Positions 40,201 to 53,858 are shown, counted from the first letter of the stretch. The stretch: DNA of 64,000 nt from Paraspadella gotoi (GCA_051294375.1 CM119271.1:5693991-5757990); one strand, 5' to 3'. Notes: generated by a model not told the origin, from the sequence alone. Numbers and translations: made by a program.

Positions 40201-40787
40201 GATGATTTTCTGCCCTTACACCAAGCTCTGTCTCTCTCTTTCGCTCCTTTCTTGGTTAACTAATGAATATAAAACAGGTTCTACCAATATTAATCATTCA
40301 TTTAATATATAAGCTATATTGCCCCTGCCTTTGGACAGGCTATGGTGGTAGTACGTTAAGTCTTGTATTTTCAAACCAATGCAATAGGATTTAAATTACT
40401 AGTATATATTAATGAATTAATAATTACAAAATATTAACAACATCTAATATTCTTTGAAATATTATACCACTTCATTGATAGGGAAGCCAGGTACTCTGGG
40501 AGTGAATAAACGAGACTGTGAGAGAGTCTTGATTGAAAGCTTGCAGTGACCTGCTATGTCATTATCTTGTAAGAGTGATGGAGGCCTTAAACCACCAAAG
40601 CCTGTCCAAAGTCAGGGGCAAGATAGCTTATTTATTAAATGAATGGATAATTTTTATATTGGTTGTACCAATTTCATAGTATATCCGTAATACCGAAACA
40701 TTTAAAATCCCAAAGAACCTGAAAGTTTCTTCTGGCCGTTCGGATCGAGAATTTGTGCCTGAAGGACTTTTTGATCTTTTGCGACAT
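17616..40787 (-). CDS. TTC41: DUF4062-NACHT-TPR protein (TTC41/nephrocystin-3-like), 40 exons, ~2450 aa
   Basis: Exons in transcription order: 40787-40719, 39937-39836, 39496-39308, 38530-38318, 37097-36961, 36573-36492, 36073-35945, 35578-35346, 35040-34903, 34711-34632, 34409-34294, 34135-33932, 33422-33304, 33088-32931, 32760-32661, 32309-32224, 31943-31811, 31610-31499, 31402-31319, 30618-30453, 30136-29793, 29539-29330, 28986-28813, 28213-28060, 26731-26595, 26376-26260, 26005-25923, 25624-25479, 24608-23586, 23250-23176, 22885-22758, 22538-22331, 22200-22093, 21922-21748, 21471-21263, 21050-20820, 20290-19864, 19302-19205, 18494-18402, 18177-17616. Phases are consistent except for a 1-nt deficit in 28213-28060 (probable sequencing error). 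Motifs [53 protein letters not shown] and EELPWQL are typical of this family. The symbol comes from recalled family similarity, not a search. Confidence 0.85.
25479..29539 (-). CDS. TPR-repeat exons of the TTC41-like gene
   Basis: Kinesin-light-chain/NPHP3-type TPRs: [105 protein letters not shown]. Confidence 0.8.
26045..26178. mobile_element. Short hAT-like MITE
   Basis: Ends CAGGGTTGGTAAAAAA ... TTTTTTAATGCCAACCCT, with internal ctgggttttt/aaaaacccag inverted repeats. Confidence 0.5.
26860..28122 (-). repeat. Tandem 69-bp minisatellite, 18 copies, made of an exon 3' end plus splice donor
   Basis: Minus-strand unit CATGACGAGGGCGGAGAGCCAGACCGGCATGGCGGGGGTGCATCACAACATGGCGCTGTTAAG|GTGAGG; 18 ctcac(c)ttaacag-like cores counted on + from ~26884 to ~28055; two sub-variants. 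Confidence 0.92.
29174..29296 (+). mobile_element. Truncated copy of the 40278-40678 element
   Basis: tcattatcttgtaagagtgatggaggccttaaaccac...tgtaccaatttcata. Confidence 0.8.
30820..31012 (+). mobile_element. tRNA-derived SINE-like element
   Basis: A-box-like TGGCTGAGTGA (~30836) and B-box-like GGGTACAATCC (~30878). Its 3' segment gggtatcacaggcaatcc..gttgccat is shared with 28653-28682. Confidence 0.45.
31319..36073 (-). CDS. NACHT-type P-loop NTPase and helical domain exons of the TTC41-like gene
   Basis: Walker A LLLVGER|GSGKTS spans the 35346/35040 junction. Also present: FFSHYVGAS, Walker-B position [74 protein letters not shown] and EELPWQL. Confidence 0.85.
32365..32592 (+). mobile_element. 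Partial copy of the 40278-40678 element
   Basis: Near-identical to 40451-40678 (cttcattgatagggaagccaggtactctgggagtg...gtaccaatttcata). Confidence 0.8.
38318..39937 (-). CDS. DUF4062-like N-terminal domain exons of the TTC41-like gene
   Basis: [34 protein letters not shown]|[54 protein letters not shown]...[10 protein letters not shown]; this is the FISS/DLRWG/GxxYG/S(I/V)TExE signature of DUF4062 in TEP1/NWD/NPHP3/TTC41 proteins. Confidence 0.85.
38753..38905. repeat. ~150-bp near-perfect palindrome
   Basis: tattagaagacgtttgaattattt...ttttattgtattaaaacgaacatgttt / aaacatgttcgttttaatacaataaaa...aaataattcaaacgtcttctaata. Confidence 0.85.
40278..40678. mobile_element. ~400-bp MITE-like element with ~70-bp imperfect inverted ends
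   Basis: 40278-40349 (cattcatttaat...agctatattgcccctgcctttggacaggct..ggtgg) is the reverse complement of ~40592-40670. Partial copies lie at 32365-32592 and 29174-29296. Confidence 0.65.
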
Positions 40788-42099
40788 CTTGGGGCCGCCG
40801 CCGCCGCTTCTGCCGCCGCCGCTGCCGCCGCTACGGTGGCCACGCTTCAGCCCCGGCTCCCCTGAAACCAAAACAGTTTTCGACTTTGTTATTTGGTCCG
40901 GACTTTGGTTCAGTCGTGTCGAGTTTCAAAGATTGTCGAAAGTGATTCCCCGGCCAGCTCCAATATGAAACATATAGTTCGTAAAATAACGTTTCTGTCT
41001 TCTCCGCTTTACCTGTAGCCTCTTGTCTGCTGTCATGCCCTTCTCTCTCTCTGCTCTCTCTCTCTCCTCTCTCTCTCTCCTCTCGTAAAAATCTGTAAAA
41101 TCGATTAGGGGCGGACGGTTCGGAAGTCTGAAAGTCAAACACGATTTTTTTTCTCCCCTTTTGTATTAACAAATTAATCCGCGACATTGAGATCGGACAT
41201 AGTCTCAATATTGAAAGTGACATTCGAATGCTGATATATTTTATTAATTATTTATTGTGAGAGAGAGAGAGAGAAGAGACGAGAGAATGACGATGAAGAG
41301 CAGACGAGAAGATTTAGAGAGGAGAGAGAGAGAGGTGGAATTCACATTAATTCTACATATATACGCATAAATTTTGCCTCGATGAGCGTCGATCATAAGA
41401 AATACACACTCTTTTTCACGCCGAAGATAAAAAAAAAAAGATTTTTCTCTTTATTTCCGACAATTTTTATTAACGATCGAAGTTTTTAATCGCGACCGAG
41501 CGATCAAGTCTCTGGCGACCGGAAGTCTGCTCGGCGGCGGTCGGGGTGGAGAAATGTTTGTCAACGATAAAGAGAAAGAGATTGGGGGGTAAGTGCTTTG
41601 ACGATCGATCGGGTAAGTGCCCGAGAGAAGAAGAAGAGATTTCTAGAAGTGATCAAAAAGTAATTGAGAAGTCGGATCTCGTGTGCGAATTGTAAGGACA
41701 TTTTTTTTTTTTTTTTAAATCTTTTATTCTGATAAGTAATCGCGAATTAATAAATGATAAGTGAAGACGGAAGTGGTTTTAGAAGGCGACCGACAGGAGG
41801 ATCGAAAAAAATCTCGGGACGTTAAATGTAAAAGCAAATCGCGGGTTTAATTTAAAAAAAAAAAGACAAATGAACATCGAGTATGAGAGATCTAAAAATA
41901 TAAACAAACAAACAAAGAAAGAAAATTAACCAAACTCGCTTTTTTTAAAAAAAAAATCGAATACTCTTGTCCCATCCCTTCGATAAATAAATATAAAAGC
42001 TAAAGAATTTACATAAAAGTTTGTTTTTCTTTATCGCTGCGGTTTTTAGAATTGAGGGCGAATTTCCGGAAACGATCGATCGCCTGGCGATTTTTTTAT

Positions 42100-42148
<49 letters not shown>

Positions 42149-42634
42149 AGAGACGACGACAATTACGGCCGGTGAGACCGACGACGGGAAAAATCAGGTG
42201 TTATCGAGAATCGAAGATCACGAAAAATTTCGCTCGGTGATTTTTTTGTAAATTTAGAATGATGAAATTAATGATAAGAATAATAATAATTAGGAATGAG
42301 GGTAATTCAATTTTCAAATAATTTTAATCTGGTACTTATGCTTTTCTGTTTATGACCAGTCTGAAAAAAAAAATTTAGCCAAGTTTCCGTCTATGACTTT
42401 AAAAAAAAAATTGCCAATGTAAACTTACATTTTAAATCAATTCACTCTCTTCCTCAAACTACTCCATTGGCACATTGCATTCATCGATTTGGCTTTGGAT
42501 CATTTGAGGTTTTCAAATCGTGAATGGACCCGGAATCCAGGATTAAGGAGGATTGCCGAGGGTAAGTTAAAATTTGGGTGGCAATAAAACTTAATTGTTT
42601 AATGATTGGTTAATTTTTATATGGGTGGCAAAAA

Positions 42635-43094
42635 GTTAGTGAGTTAGTTTAGTTAGTCAGTTTAGTTAGTTTAGTTAGTTTGGTTAGTTTAGTTAGTCAG
42701 TTTAGTGAGTTAGTTTAGTGAGTTAGTTTAGTTAGTTTAGTTAGTTAGTTTAGTTAGTTAGTTTAGTTAGTTTAGTTAGTTGGTTTAGTTAGTTGGTTTA
42801 GTTAGTTGGTTTAGTTAGTTGGTTTAGTTAGTTGGTTTAGTTAGTTGGTTTAGTTAGTTAGTTTAGTTAGTTAGTTTAGTTAGTTTGGTTAATTAGTTTA
42901 GTTAGTTTAGTTTAGTTGGTTAGTTTAGTTGGTTAGTTTAGTTGGTTAGTTTAGTTGGTTAGTTTAGTTGGTTAGTTTCGTTGGTTAGTTTCGTTGGTTA
43001 GTTTAGTTGGTTAGTTTAGTTGGTTAGTTTAGTTGGTTAGTTTAGTTGGTTAGTTTAGTTGGTTAGTTTAGTTAGTTTAGTTGGTTAGTTTAGT

Positions 43095-43126
<32 letters not shown>

Positions 43127-43246
43127 TTAGTTTAGTTGGTTAGTTAGTTAGTTAGTTAGGTTAGGTTAGTTAGGTTAGTTAGTTTAGTTAGAAAGTTTAG
43201 TTAGTTTGGTAAGTTAGTTTAGTTAGTTCGTTAGTTTTAGTTAGTT
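42635..43246 (+). repeat. (TTAG/TTTAG/TTGG)n simple satellite; mirrored as (CTAA)n at ~51365-52155
   Basis: Direct inspection. Confidence 0.9.
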
Positions 43247-43377
43247 AAACCCTGTTTTTATTTAAAATGTATCGCCAATGTATCGCCATGATCATCATCA
43301 TCGTCATCATAAATCGAGGGTAAATCGAGCGAAAAAAAAGCTGAAACTGAATCCCGTCTGTTCTTATTTTTTAGGAA

Positions 43378-43420
43378 CAAATGGGTGGGGAAACTCAAAG
43401 AGGGGCGGGGCCTATTTATA
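43378..43420 (+). promoter_or_regulatory. Candidate CCAAT / GC box / TATA promoter
   Basis: CAAATGGGTGGG (read as CCAATGGG in the mirror copy at ~51213-51222), GGGGCGGGGC and TATTTATA in canonical order. No downstream gene could be established. Confidence 0.3.
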
Positions 43421-43466
43421 CACTCTCTCTCTTTTCTCTCTCTCTCTCCTCCTCTCTCCTCTCTCT

Positions 43467-43521
<55 letters not shown>

Positions 43522-44003
43522 CCATCACATACTGGATTGTTCGTCATCAATTTCAAACTTGAAAACGCCACTAGAATGTCTTATTGCAGAAAAAACAAGT
43601 CGAAAAGATTTAAAAGTAAAAAAACATGAAAACTACCAGTCGCTCGCGTTTGAAAAGAAGCGATTCATTTCACTTTTTTATAATTATAGGTTAGAATATT
43701 ACAGAATCCTTTTTTTTTCGGCTATCTTCATTTTTCAATTTTCAAATTTATGTTAGCAAGGCAAACATAACCTTTAATCTCTGTACCGCCAAAAATTAAA
43801 CTATCGACCGGAAACGCTCTCTCTCTCGCTATCTCTCTCTCTCTCTCTCTCTCTCTAAGAGCACATATGAAGACTTGGAATACTTGGACGAACCAGTTTC
43901 TTGACGAGATTCCAGAATTGAGGATCAATAAAGAAAAGAAATTCAGAGACCGACGAGGATCGAGACGAGAGTGAAAATTCTTGCGGTTTTTCTCTCACTT
44001 TGC

Positions 44004-44162
<159 letters not shown>

Positions 44163-44626
44163 CGCGATACGGTTTTTAAAAAAACCCATTGGCTGAAAGT
44201 TGAATTAATTTTTTTTTCCAAATGCTCATTATGTCTAAGCGAATTGATTAAATTCAATTGTTATAAAACTGTTTTGAATTGTAGAGATAATAAGAAACTT
44301 CTACTGTTTTGTTCTATAATTTTTTTGAAGAAAAAAAAAAACAACCGGATCTTTTTAATTTGTAATTTTAACTAATTCGGCAAACAGATTAACAGAAGTC
44401 TTACTCTCTCACTTTTTCCAGTCTATTTTCCCACCGATGACCCTCTTTTTTTTTTATTTCGATTAATATTAATAATTTTTACTATATAAACATTATCCAA
44501 AACCATAATTTCTCACTTCTTATTTTAATTTGCTTTTTCATATTTATTTTGTCTTTCTAAGCTCCGTATCAGACGCAAATCGTCCGTTCTCTCTCTCTCT
44601 TCTCCTCATCTCGTCGTCTCTCTCTG

Positions 44627-44664
<38 letters not shown>

Positions 44665-44965
44665 TGAATCTCTCTCTCGTTAGACAGTAACATAGTTGCA
44701 ATTTGCATTTCGTAGTCTTCTGTCCTTTTCGGTTATTTATTATTTTTCCTACTAAGAGAACGTGAGAAAAAATCCTCTTCTCATCTCTCATCTCGCTCTC
44801 TCTCATCTCTTCTCATCTCCTCTCTCCTCTCTCTCTCTCAATTTTCGAGATGAGACGTGATTTGCTGTTACGAGGTTTTTGTTTAGCCTTAATCGCCCGC
44901 TCACTAATAGCGGCGGGTCTTAAACTGGGGTTTCGTTAAGTCGAGGTGGGAAATCCTCGTAATTT

Positions 44966-45005
<40 letters not shown>

Positions 45006-45775
45006 AATTAGGAGGTCGTCGATTAAATTGCGTTTAGAGTATTAAATATTTAAATATATTTAGGAACTTTGAATTTAAAACAATGGCTCTTTTGAAAAAA
45101 AAAATGTTTCCTTTGACTTAAATTCAACTTTATATTTTTATTTTCTCATGTAGTATAACGACGAACTAATCTTTTTATTGAATTGCGATATCGGTTGAAG
45201 TTTTGATAACGACTTATATATTTGGTTGGGTATTTTTTTATCAGAGACTCCCACTAGCAGGCTGTATAAACCAACAATTTCTATTTTCTTAGTTATACTA
45301 ACTTCGCGTTCTCTTTTTGTATCACGTCATATAAACATGGATTCTCACATTTTTTTTCCCATTGTTTTACCTCTGTTTTCCAAATCGTCGCTGCAGAGAA
45401 CGTGCCAAAAGTTTCCTCCACGAAGCTGCATTTTCGCTTTATTATTTTGTTGTTGTATTATTTCTCGTTTGTTTTAATTCTCGATTGTTTACATTTTCTA
45501 CCTCGCGTTGATTGATACGCAGAGTGTCTTTAGAATTCTCACGAGGCACAAAATAAAAATAAAAATAAAGGATCGTTGATGATTCGCAGTTTGCCAGTTT
45601 GTCGTTTTGTTTATAAATTAAAAATAAATACGGTCAGTTTTCATCCGACGTCGAATAATCACCGCAGGTAGAGAACGCAGCGATGAAGGATTTCGTCTCT
45701 CTCTCTCCATCCGCGCGACATCCTTCGTCGCTGTCTGAGGAAATATTCTTTTTTGTAAGCGGTATTTATCACCAT

Positions 45776-45826
<51 letters not shown>

Positions 45827-45847
45827 AGAGAGAAGAGAGAGGAGGAG

Positions 45848-45880
<33 letters not shown>

Positions 45881-46179
45881 TTCCGAGGGTGTTTACGGCT
45901 TTTGAAGTCAAGTCGATGACGACGACGACGACGACCACAATCATGATCATCGCAATGAATCAGACACCGGTCGATCTTTTTGATCCTCCTTACAAGGTCA
46001 AGTTCAAGGTCAAGCTGTCCCGTCGAAGGACAAAGGGGAAAAAAAGAAAGATGTAGAGATTGAAAAGAAGAAGAGATGAAAAAATGGAACCGAAAAGGAG
46101 ATAAAGAATAGAGATTCTCAACGGGAGATTCGTTTCTTAATCTTTCCATCTCCGACAAGGTCTCTATCTTTCTCTCTCT

Positions 46180-46265
46180 CTCACGCGAGTACGCGAGTAC
46201 TCGCGGAGCAACTCTATAAGTCACTTTTCAGTCGGTCTGTCGATAGGTCTGTCGGTCTGTCTAAT
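46180..46265 (+). mobile_element. End fragment of a second HINE-like family; inverted relative at ~56975-57032
   Basis: Palindrome CGCGAGTACTCGCG, then gagcaactctataagtcactttt and (GTCG/GTCT) repeats. 56994-57017 (aaaagtgaccaatagaggcagctc) is its approximate reverse complement. Confidence 0.4.
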
Positions 46266-46616
46266 TTACGTTAAAATGCATATAATTTACTTATAGTTGT
46301 TTGCTCATTTGTTAAGACAGAAAAAACCTCAAATCCAAGGGACTGCGAGCGCCGCTTTAAGGAATTCCTAAAACTATAAACTAATAAAGAATAAAAGACA
46401 GAATTTTGATGCAGTACATGTTATAAATACACGGGAAAAACATTTTTGTAGTGATATCATGTCATGTCATCAAAGGGAAATATACGTGAAAATAAAGTCA
46501 CTGCGGCGCAACTCATTGGAATCACCGTTCTTCTTTTGATCTCATTCTCCGTCTCTCTGTTCATTATCTCGACCTCGCTTAAAAGGGGATTCCACGCCAC
46601 CGGCGATTCCTGGTAA

Positions 46617-46676
46617 ATCACGTGATGTTTCAGCGAGAAAGGCCGCCGAGAGAGATGTACCCGGAAGTCCGGAAGT
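46617..46676 (+). promoter_or_regulatory. Housekeeping-type promoter: palindromic E-box plus tandem ETS sites
   Basis: ATCACGTGAT at 46617-46626 and CCGGAAGTCCGGAAGT at 46661-46676, followed by a pyrimidine tract and an ATG at 46810. Confidence 0.55.
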
Positions 46677-46815
46677 ATCGTCTTCTTTCTTTCTTTCTGC
46701 TTTCTCTCTCTTCACTTCGTCCATATGATTAAAAGGTTATTTATACAGTCAATTTTCAGTTTTCGGAGTGAATAGGAGGAAGTATTTAAAACTAATTAGA
46801 AAGAAAGTTATGGAA

Positions 46816-46883
<68 letters not shown>

Positions 46884-46908
46884 AGTAGAGAGAGAGAGAG
46901 AGAGAGAG

Positions 46909-48213
46909 AAATAAAGCTTGATTTTCCCAGATTTAAGAGGAATGAAACGAAAGAAAAAAACGTGAATCGATGAAGGTTGTTAAGTGTATACAATAAAAAA
47001 AAAAATAAATAAAGAAAAAAAAATTAAAAAAAAAAAAAAAAANNNNNNNNNNNNNNNNNNNNNNNNNACCCGCTTTAACAAAACAGAATATTCCTCAGCA
47101 CAGCGACGAAGGATGGTCCGCGGAGGAGAGAGAGAGAGACGAAATCCTTCATCGCTGCGTTCTCTACCTGCGGTGATTATTCGACGTCGATGAAAACTGA
47201 CCGTATATATATTTATATAACAAAACGACAAACTGGGCAAACTGCGAATCATCAACGATCCTTATTTTTATTTTTATTTTGTGCCTCGTGAGAATTCTAA
47301 TAACATCTCTCTTTAATCAATCAACGCGAGGTAGAAAATGTAAACAATCGAGAATTAACAACGAAACGAGAATAATACAACAACAAAATAATAATACGAA
47401 AATGCAGCTTCGGGAGGAAACTTTGGCACGTTCTCCTGCAGCGACGATTTGGAAAAACAGAGGTAAACAATGGGAAAAAAAAATGTGAGAATCCATGTTT
47501 ATGTACGTGATACAAAAGCAGAACGCGAAGTTAGTTTATAACTAAGAAATAATAAAATTGTTGGTTTATACAGCCTGCAGTGGGAGTCTCTGTTACAAAA
47601 ATACCGCAACCAATAATATTAAGTCGTTATCCAAACTTCAACCGGATATCGCAATTCAATAAAAAGATTAGTTCGTCGTTATACTTACATGAGAAAATAA
47701 AAATATAAAGTTGAATTTAAGTCAAAAACATATTTTTTTTTCAAAAGAGCATTGTAAATTCAAAGTTCCTATAATATATTTAAATATTTAATACTCTTAA
47801 ACGCAATTAATGCTGACGACCTTCCTTAATTTTCGTCGTCGTCGCGTCGTCGTCGTCGTCGTGTCGTCGCAAATTACGAGGGATTTCCCACTTCGACTTA
47901 ACGAAACCCCAGTTTAAGAACCCGCCGCTATTAGTGAGCGGGCGATTAAGGCTAAACAAAAACCTCGTAACAGCAAATCACGGCTCATCTCGAAATTGAG
48001 AGAGAGAGAGAGAGCAGAGAGAGGAGACGTCCAGTAATTAGAGAGAGAGCAGAGAGAGAGAGAACCGAGAGCGGAGAAGATGAGAGAGAGAGAGAGTGAG
48101 AATATTTTTTCTCCACGGTTTTTATAGGGTAAAAAATAAATAACGAAGAAGGACAGAAGAACGAAATGAAATTGAATAATTTACTGTCTAACGACGAGAG
48201 AGAGTAAGAGAAG

Positions 48214-48244
<31 letters not shown>

Positions 48245-50663
48245 CAGAGAAGAGAGAGAGAGAATGAGAGAGGAGAGAGAAGAGTACGAGAATTTTTACG
48301 CTGCTGATCCGGAGCTGATAGTGCATAAAAAATATAAAAAGCAAATAAAATAGAATGAGAAATATAAGTGGTGAAACATGTTGGATAGAGTATATAGAAA
48401 AATAATAATAATAACGAATATTATATCATAATATATAAATAAGAGGTTCATGTCTGGGAAATCATAGACTTGTATTATAAAGTGAAGAGTAAGACCTCTC
48501 GTGTAATTTCTGTTTGTGCCGAATTAGTTAAACATTACATAATGGAGTAATATGCATTCCGTGTGTTTTTTTTTTGTCTAAAAAAAATTTTATAGATCAA
48601 TATATCAGTATATAGTTCTTATTACTCTTACAATGCAAAAATTTCAAAACAATTGAATTTACACTATATCCCTGGATCTTAAATATCGAATTGGAAAAAA
48701 GAAATTAATTCAACTGCAGGCAATGTTGTGTTGACTTGGCGAAAATTGTAGTAATTTGCGGCCGTTCTCTCCTTTTCTCTCTTTCTCCTCTTCCCACTCT
48801 TCTCTCTTCTGAGCGATGATACGTCAGCCTACCAAGCGCAGTCCGTGTTATGTTTGTTTAGTACCGTGAGCGGCGGGCGCGCGCTCGCCGCATCGACTGC
48901 GACTTCTCCTTCCGGCTTCTTCCGCTCGGACATTCGGGATATCCTCTCTCTCGGCTGCTTCCGCGTCCGAAGCGAGCGTGGATCTGCGGACCGGATATAT
49001 CTCTCTTTTCAGCCTCTCTTCCTCTCTCTCTCTTTCTCTCTCTTTACGGCTCGTTTGCGTTCGCTGGCGGGTGCTCGTCCGGGGTAATCTCTCTTTTCTA
49101 TTCTTTTGTTTTTTTCTTTTAATGTAATCTAATTTTGTCATTCTCCCCTCCTCTCTTTAAGACTGTTAGTTATTTATTTTTTTGCGACTCTCATGGTCAA
49201 TAAAGAAAACATCTATATCTATATCTATACAACCTACGTTCTCTTTATAGGGTGATTAGCAGTATTCAAGTATTTCAACGAATTTTTTTTCTCTATAGGC
49301 CTCTATATATATATATATAATATATATATCTCTTAAATAATCCCCAGCTCGAAAACAACAAGAAAGAACAATAAATCCTAAGCGAACCAATACAAATTAA
49401 TAGTATCTAAATTAGAAAAACGTTTCTATATATATATATATTATATATAATATCATTTGTTAAAAAGCAATCTTTTTATTAATTTGAGAAGTTAAAAAGT
49501 ACATCACAGGCATGTATTAAACCCAGAAACAGATTATATAGGATTTATATATATATATTCCTCTGTTTCTCGTTCATTCAGTCTGTGCATGGTAACTAGG
49601 AATTAAAAAAATTATGAAGTCTTCTATATCTTCACTTTGTAGAGCTTACAATTTGTCTATATCTATATATATCTATAACCTAAGTTTAATTGATTGTTAT
49701 GGGAGAATTATAAAAAGTAAAGAAATTAAGGCTTTCTGGATCACAAAAAGACCAACCTAAAAAACGTGTACTAGACTTTGGAAAAACTTGATATTTAGTC
49801 AATCAAATTAAATTTATTATTAATGGGAGAAATTTAAATCTGCTTTCAAAAATAAGAAAAAAGATATTTTAAAATTTTGCACATTTACAATGTTTAAAAT
49901 GGCGCTATGCCGAAAAATTGAAAATAAACAAAACATTATTTAAACAATATTCACAGCTCGCACAGCTCGAATTTGCCATTCTACTTGATTCAAAAAATTT
50001 TTCTACTCTTATACTCTTTCATACGTCCTCGCGTAACAAAAATGCAAATAATATAATCATTCTCATTTGCGATTATTTTTATCTTTATCATATTTTTCAA
50101 TTCTTTTTAGCATATTTAATCATTATTGTTAGATCTATATGCCTTTTTATCTATATTATTCATTTTAAAAGCTCCAAAATTCTTTTAAAATTAAAAAAAA
50201 TTGTTGACTAAATTTTCTTAATTTTTTTTCCCTTCTTTTTCTTTCTTTCTCTCTTTCTGTCTTTCTTTTTTTTCTTTCTTTTTTTTGACATCGTGAAAAT
50301 GACCCTACAATAATGCTAATACTTTCAAAAAGGCCCTGATCTCTTTTAAAGAGACTCCCGGAGCCGCGCGAACCCATAATCGCATCCGCTCGGAGGCAGA
50401 GAGAAGAAATTCGGCGCGGTCTGACGAGGGTAAAGAGAGAGAGGAAAGGAGTAAGGTTTCCGCCGCTGCCCAGCTACGATCGATCGACTTTGCCAGCCGC
50501 GCGGATCCGCGGAGATAAGGAGAGTAAGAGGACAGAGGAGTAGATGAATTAGGCCAGCGACAGTACACGTCGGAAGGCCAGGGAAGAAGCCGATCTGCCG
50601 CCGCGCGCGCGCTCCGGAGGCTGCGCTGTTTCGAGGCTTCGCTGAGTATAGCCCATCTCTCTC

Positions 50664-50735
<72 letters not shown>

Positions 50736-52679
50736 CCGCAAAGTGAGAGCAAAACCGCAAGAATTCGCTTCCACTTCTCGTCTTCGATCCTAAAAAAGTG
50801 AAATTGAATCGCTTCTTTTCAAACGCGGAACGGCGACTGGTCAGCTTTTTCAGTTTTTACTTTTAAATCTTTTCGACTTGTTTTTTCTGCAATAAGACAT
50901 TCTGAGTTGGCGTTTTCAAGTTTGCAAATTGCATGACGAAGCAATCCAGTATTGTGATGGCGGACAGAGGGGAGAGGAGACCAGAGGAGAGAGAGCGAGA
51001 GAGCAGAGGAGGCAGCGAGAGAGAGGACCGGGAGCGGAACCCAGCGTGCGCCGGATGGAGTCCGAGGCTGAACGAGAACTGCGATTCTGCCCGCGGCGGG
51101 AGGAGCGACTGGAGGCCACGTGGGGGCGAGACCAGAGAGAAGAGGAGAGAGAGGAGCAGGAAAGAGACGAGAGATGTAGTAAATAGGCCCCGCCCCTTTC
51201 TATTGCAGTTTCCCACCCATTGGTTCCTAAAAATATAAGAACAGACGTGATGTCAGTTTTCAGCTTTTTTTTCCGCTCGAGTTACCCTCGATTGTTATGA
51301 CGATGCCATGCATGATCATGCGTCCACATTTCGGCGATACCACTTTCTAAATAAAAACCAGGGTTTAACTAACTAAAACTAACCGAACAACCTTTACACC
51401 CTATCACACTAACAGCCTGATCCCCGTACACTTGCTGACGACGCAGCCGCGCCTTTACCAAACTCAACATAACCCACTTTCGCAAACTAACACTAACTAA
51501 CCTAACTACCGACCCCTACCTAACCTAACTTAGATTAACTAAACCAACTAAACTAAACCTAACTCAACTAACTAACCAACTAACTAACCAACAAAACTAA
51601 CAACTAAACTAACCTAAACTCAACCAACTAAACTAACCAACTAAACTAACCAACTTAAGAACTAACCACACTAAACTCAACCCACACTAAACTAACCACA
51701 CTACAACTAACCAACTTCAAACTAAAAGCCCTCAACACGAACACTACACCAACGAACACTAACCAACCCTAACTAACCAACCTAAACTAACGCAACTAAA
51801 CAACCAACAACTATACACTAAATCTAACCTAAAACTAATATAACCAAACAAGCCCTTGTTAAACTAACTAACTAAACATCTAAGACTAAGGCGCTACTAA
51901 ACACCGCACACGCAACTAAAACCAATAGCTAACTAAAACCAACCTACTACAAAACCAACATAACTAAACCACTATACCTTAAACCACACAACTAGAACCT
52001 AACAAACTAACTAAAACTAAACTAACTAACTAACTAACTAACTAAACTAACTAAACTACACTCACTTAAACTAACTCACTAAACCTGACTTAACTAAACT
52101 AACCAAACTAACTACACAACTATACTAAAACGACTACTAAACAACTCACTAACTTTTTGCCACCGCATATAAAAATTAACCAATGCATTAATACAATTAA
52201 TGTTTATTTGATCACCCAACATGTTTAACGTTACCCTGCCGCCCAATCCTCCTTATCCTGGAATCTCCGGGTCCATCTCACGATTTGAAAACCTCAAATC
52301 GATCCAAAGCCAAATCGATGAATGCACATGTGCCAATGGAGTAGTTTGAGGAAGAGAAGTGAAATTGAGTTTAAAATGTAAGTTTACATTGGCAGATTTT
52401 TTTTTCTACAAAGTCAGTAGACCGGAAAACCTTGGCTAAATCTTTCTTTTCCAGACTGCCCGTCTATAAACAGAAAAGCATTGAAACCACATTAAAATTA
52501 TTTGGAAAATTGATACCTCATTCCCTAACTTATATTATTCTTATCAGTTAATTTCATCATTCCTAAATTTACAGAAAAATCACCGAGCGACAATTTCGTA
52601 TGCTTCGATTTTCTCGATCTACACCCCTGATTTTTTCGCTCGTCGCGTCTCACCGGCCGCTAATTTGTCGTCGTCTGCT

Positions 52680-52731
<52 letters not shown>

Positions 52732-53613
52732 AATAAAAAAATGCCTAGCGATCTTCCTCGATCGGTTTCCGGAAATGTCGCCCTCAAATTTCTTTAAACA
52801 TCGACCGCAGCGCGCATAAAGAAAAACAAACTCTTTATTTGTAAATTTTCCCTTTAGCTTACTATTTATTTTATCAAGGGATGGGGTACAAGTGAGTATG
52901 TCGATTTTTTTTTTTAAAAAAGCGAGTGTTGGTCTAATTTCTTTCCTTTCTTTGTTTGTTGTTTATATTTTTAGCATCTCTGCATACTCGATTGTTCATT
53001 TGTCTTTTTTTTTGAAATTAAACCCGCGATCTGCTTTCTATCATTTAACGTCCCGAGATTTTTTTTCGATTTCCTCCTGTCTGGCGCCGTTCTAAAAACC
53101 ACTTCCGTCTTCACTATCATATAATTCCGATAGCTCTGCGATCAGGAATAAAAGATTCTAAAAAAAAAAAAAAAAGTCCTTACCAATTCGCACCACGAGA
53201 ATCCGAACTTCTCAATACTTTTTGATCAACTTCTAAAATCTCTTCTCTTCTCTCGGGGCACTTACCCGATCGATCGTCAAAGGCAACTTACCCACCAATC
53301 TCTTTTCTCGCTTTATCGGTGACAAACATTTCTCCACCCCGACCAGCCGCCCGAGCAGACTTCCGTCGCCAGAGACCTTTGATCCTCGGCACGGGTACGG
53401 CGGATTACAAAAGCTTTCGATCGCGTAATAAAAATTGTCGGAACAATAAAGAGAAAAAAAAAGAATCTTTTTTTTTTTATCATTCGCTCGTGAAAAAGCA
53501 GTGTGTATGTATCTTAGATCGACGCTCATTCGAGGAGCAAAATTTATGCGTATATATGTCTAGAATAATGTGAATTCCACCTCTCTTCCTGCCCCTCTCT
53601 CCCTCTATTCCTT

Positions 53614-53686
<73 letters not shown>

Positions 53687-53858
53687 ATAAATAATTAAAT
53701 AAATATACTCAGCATTCGAATGCACTTCTCAATATTGAGACTATGTCCGATCCATATTCGCGGCAATTAATTTTGTTAGAAAAAAAAAGGGGAAAAAAAA
53801 ATCGTGTTTGACTTTCAGACTCCGAACCGTCCGACCCCCTAATCGATTTTAAGATTTT

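Noticed and set aside
42635-43246. Telomere array
   Set aside because: Units are TTAG/TTTAG/TTGG mixtures, not TTAGG or TTAGGG, and the position is internal.
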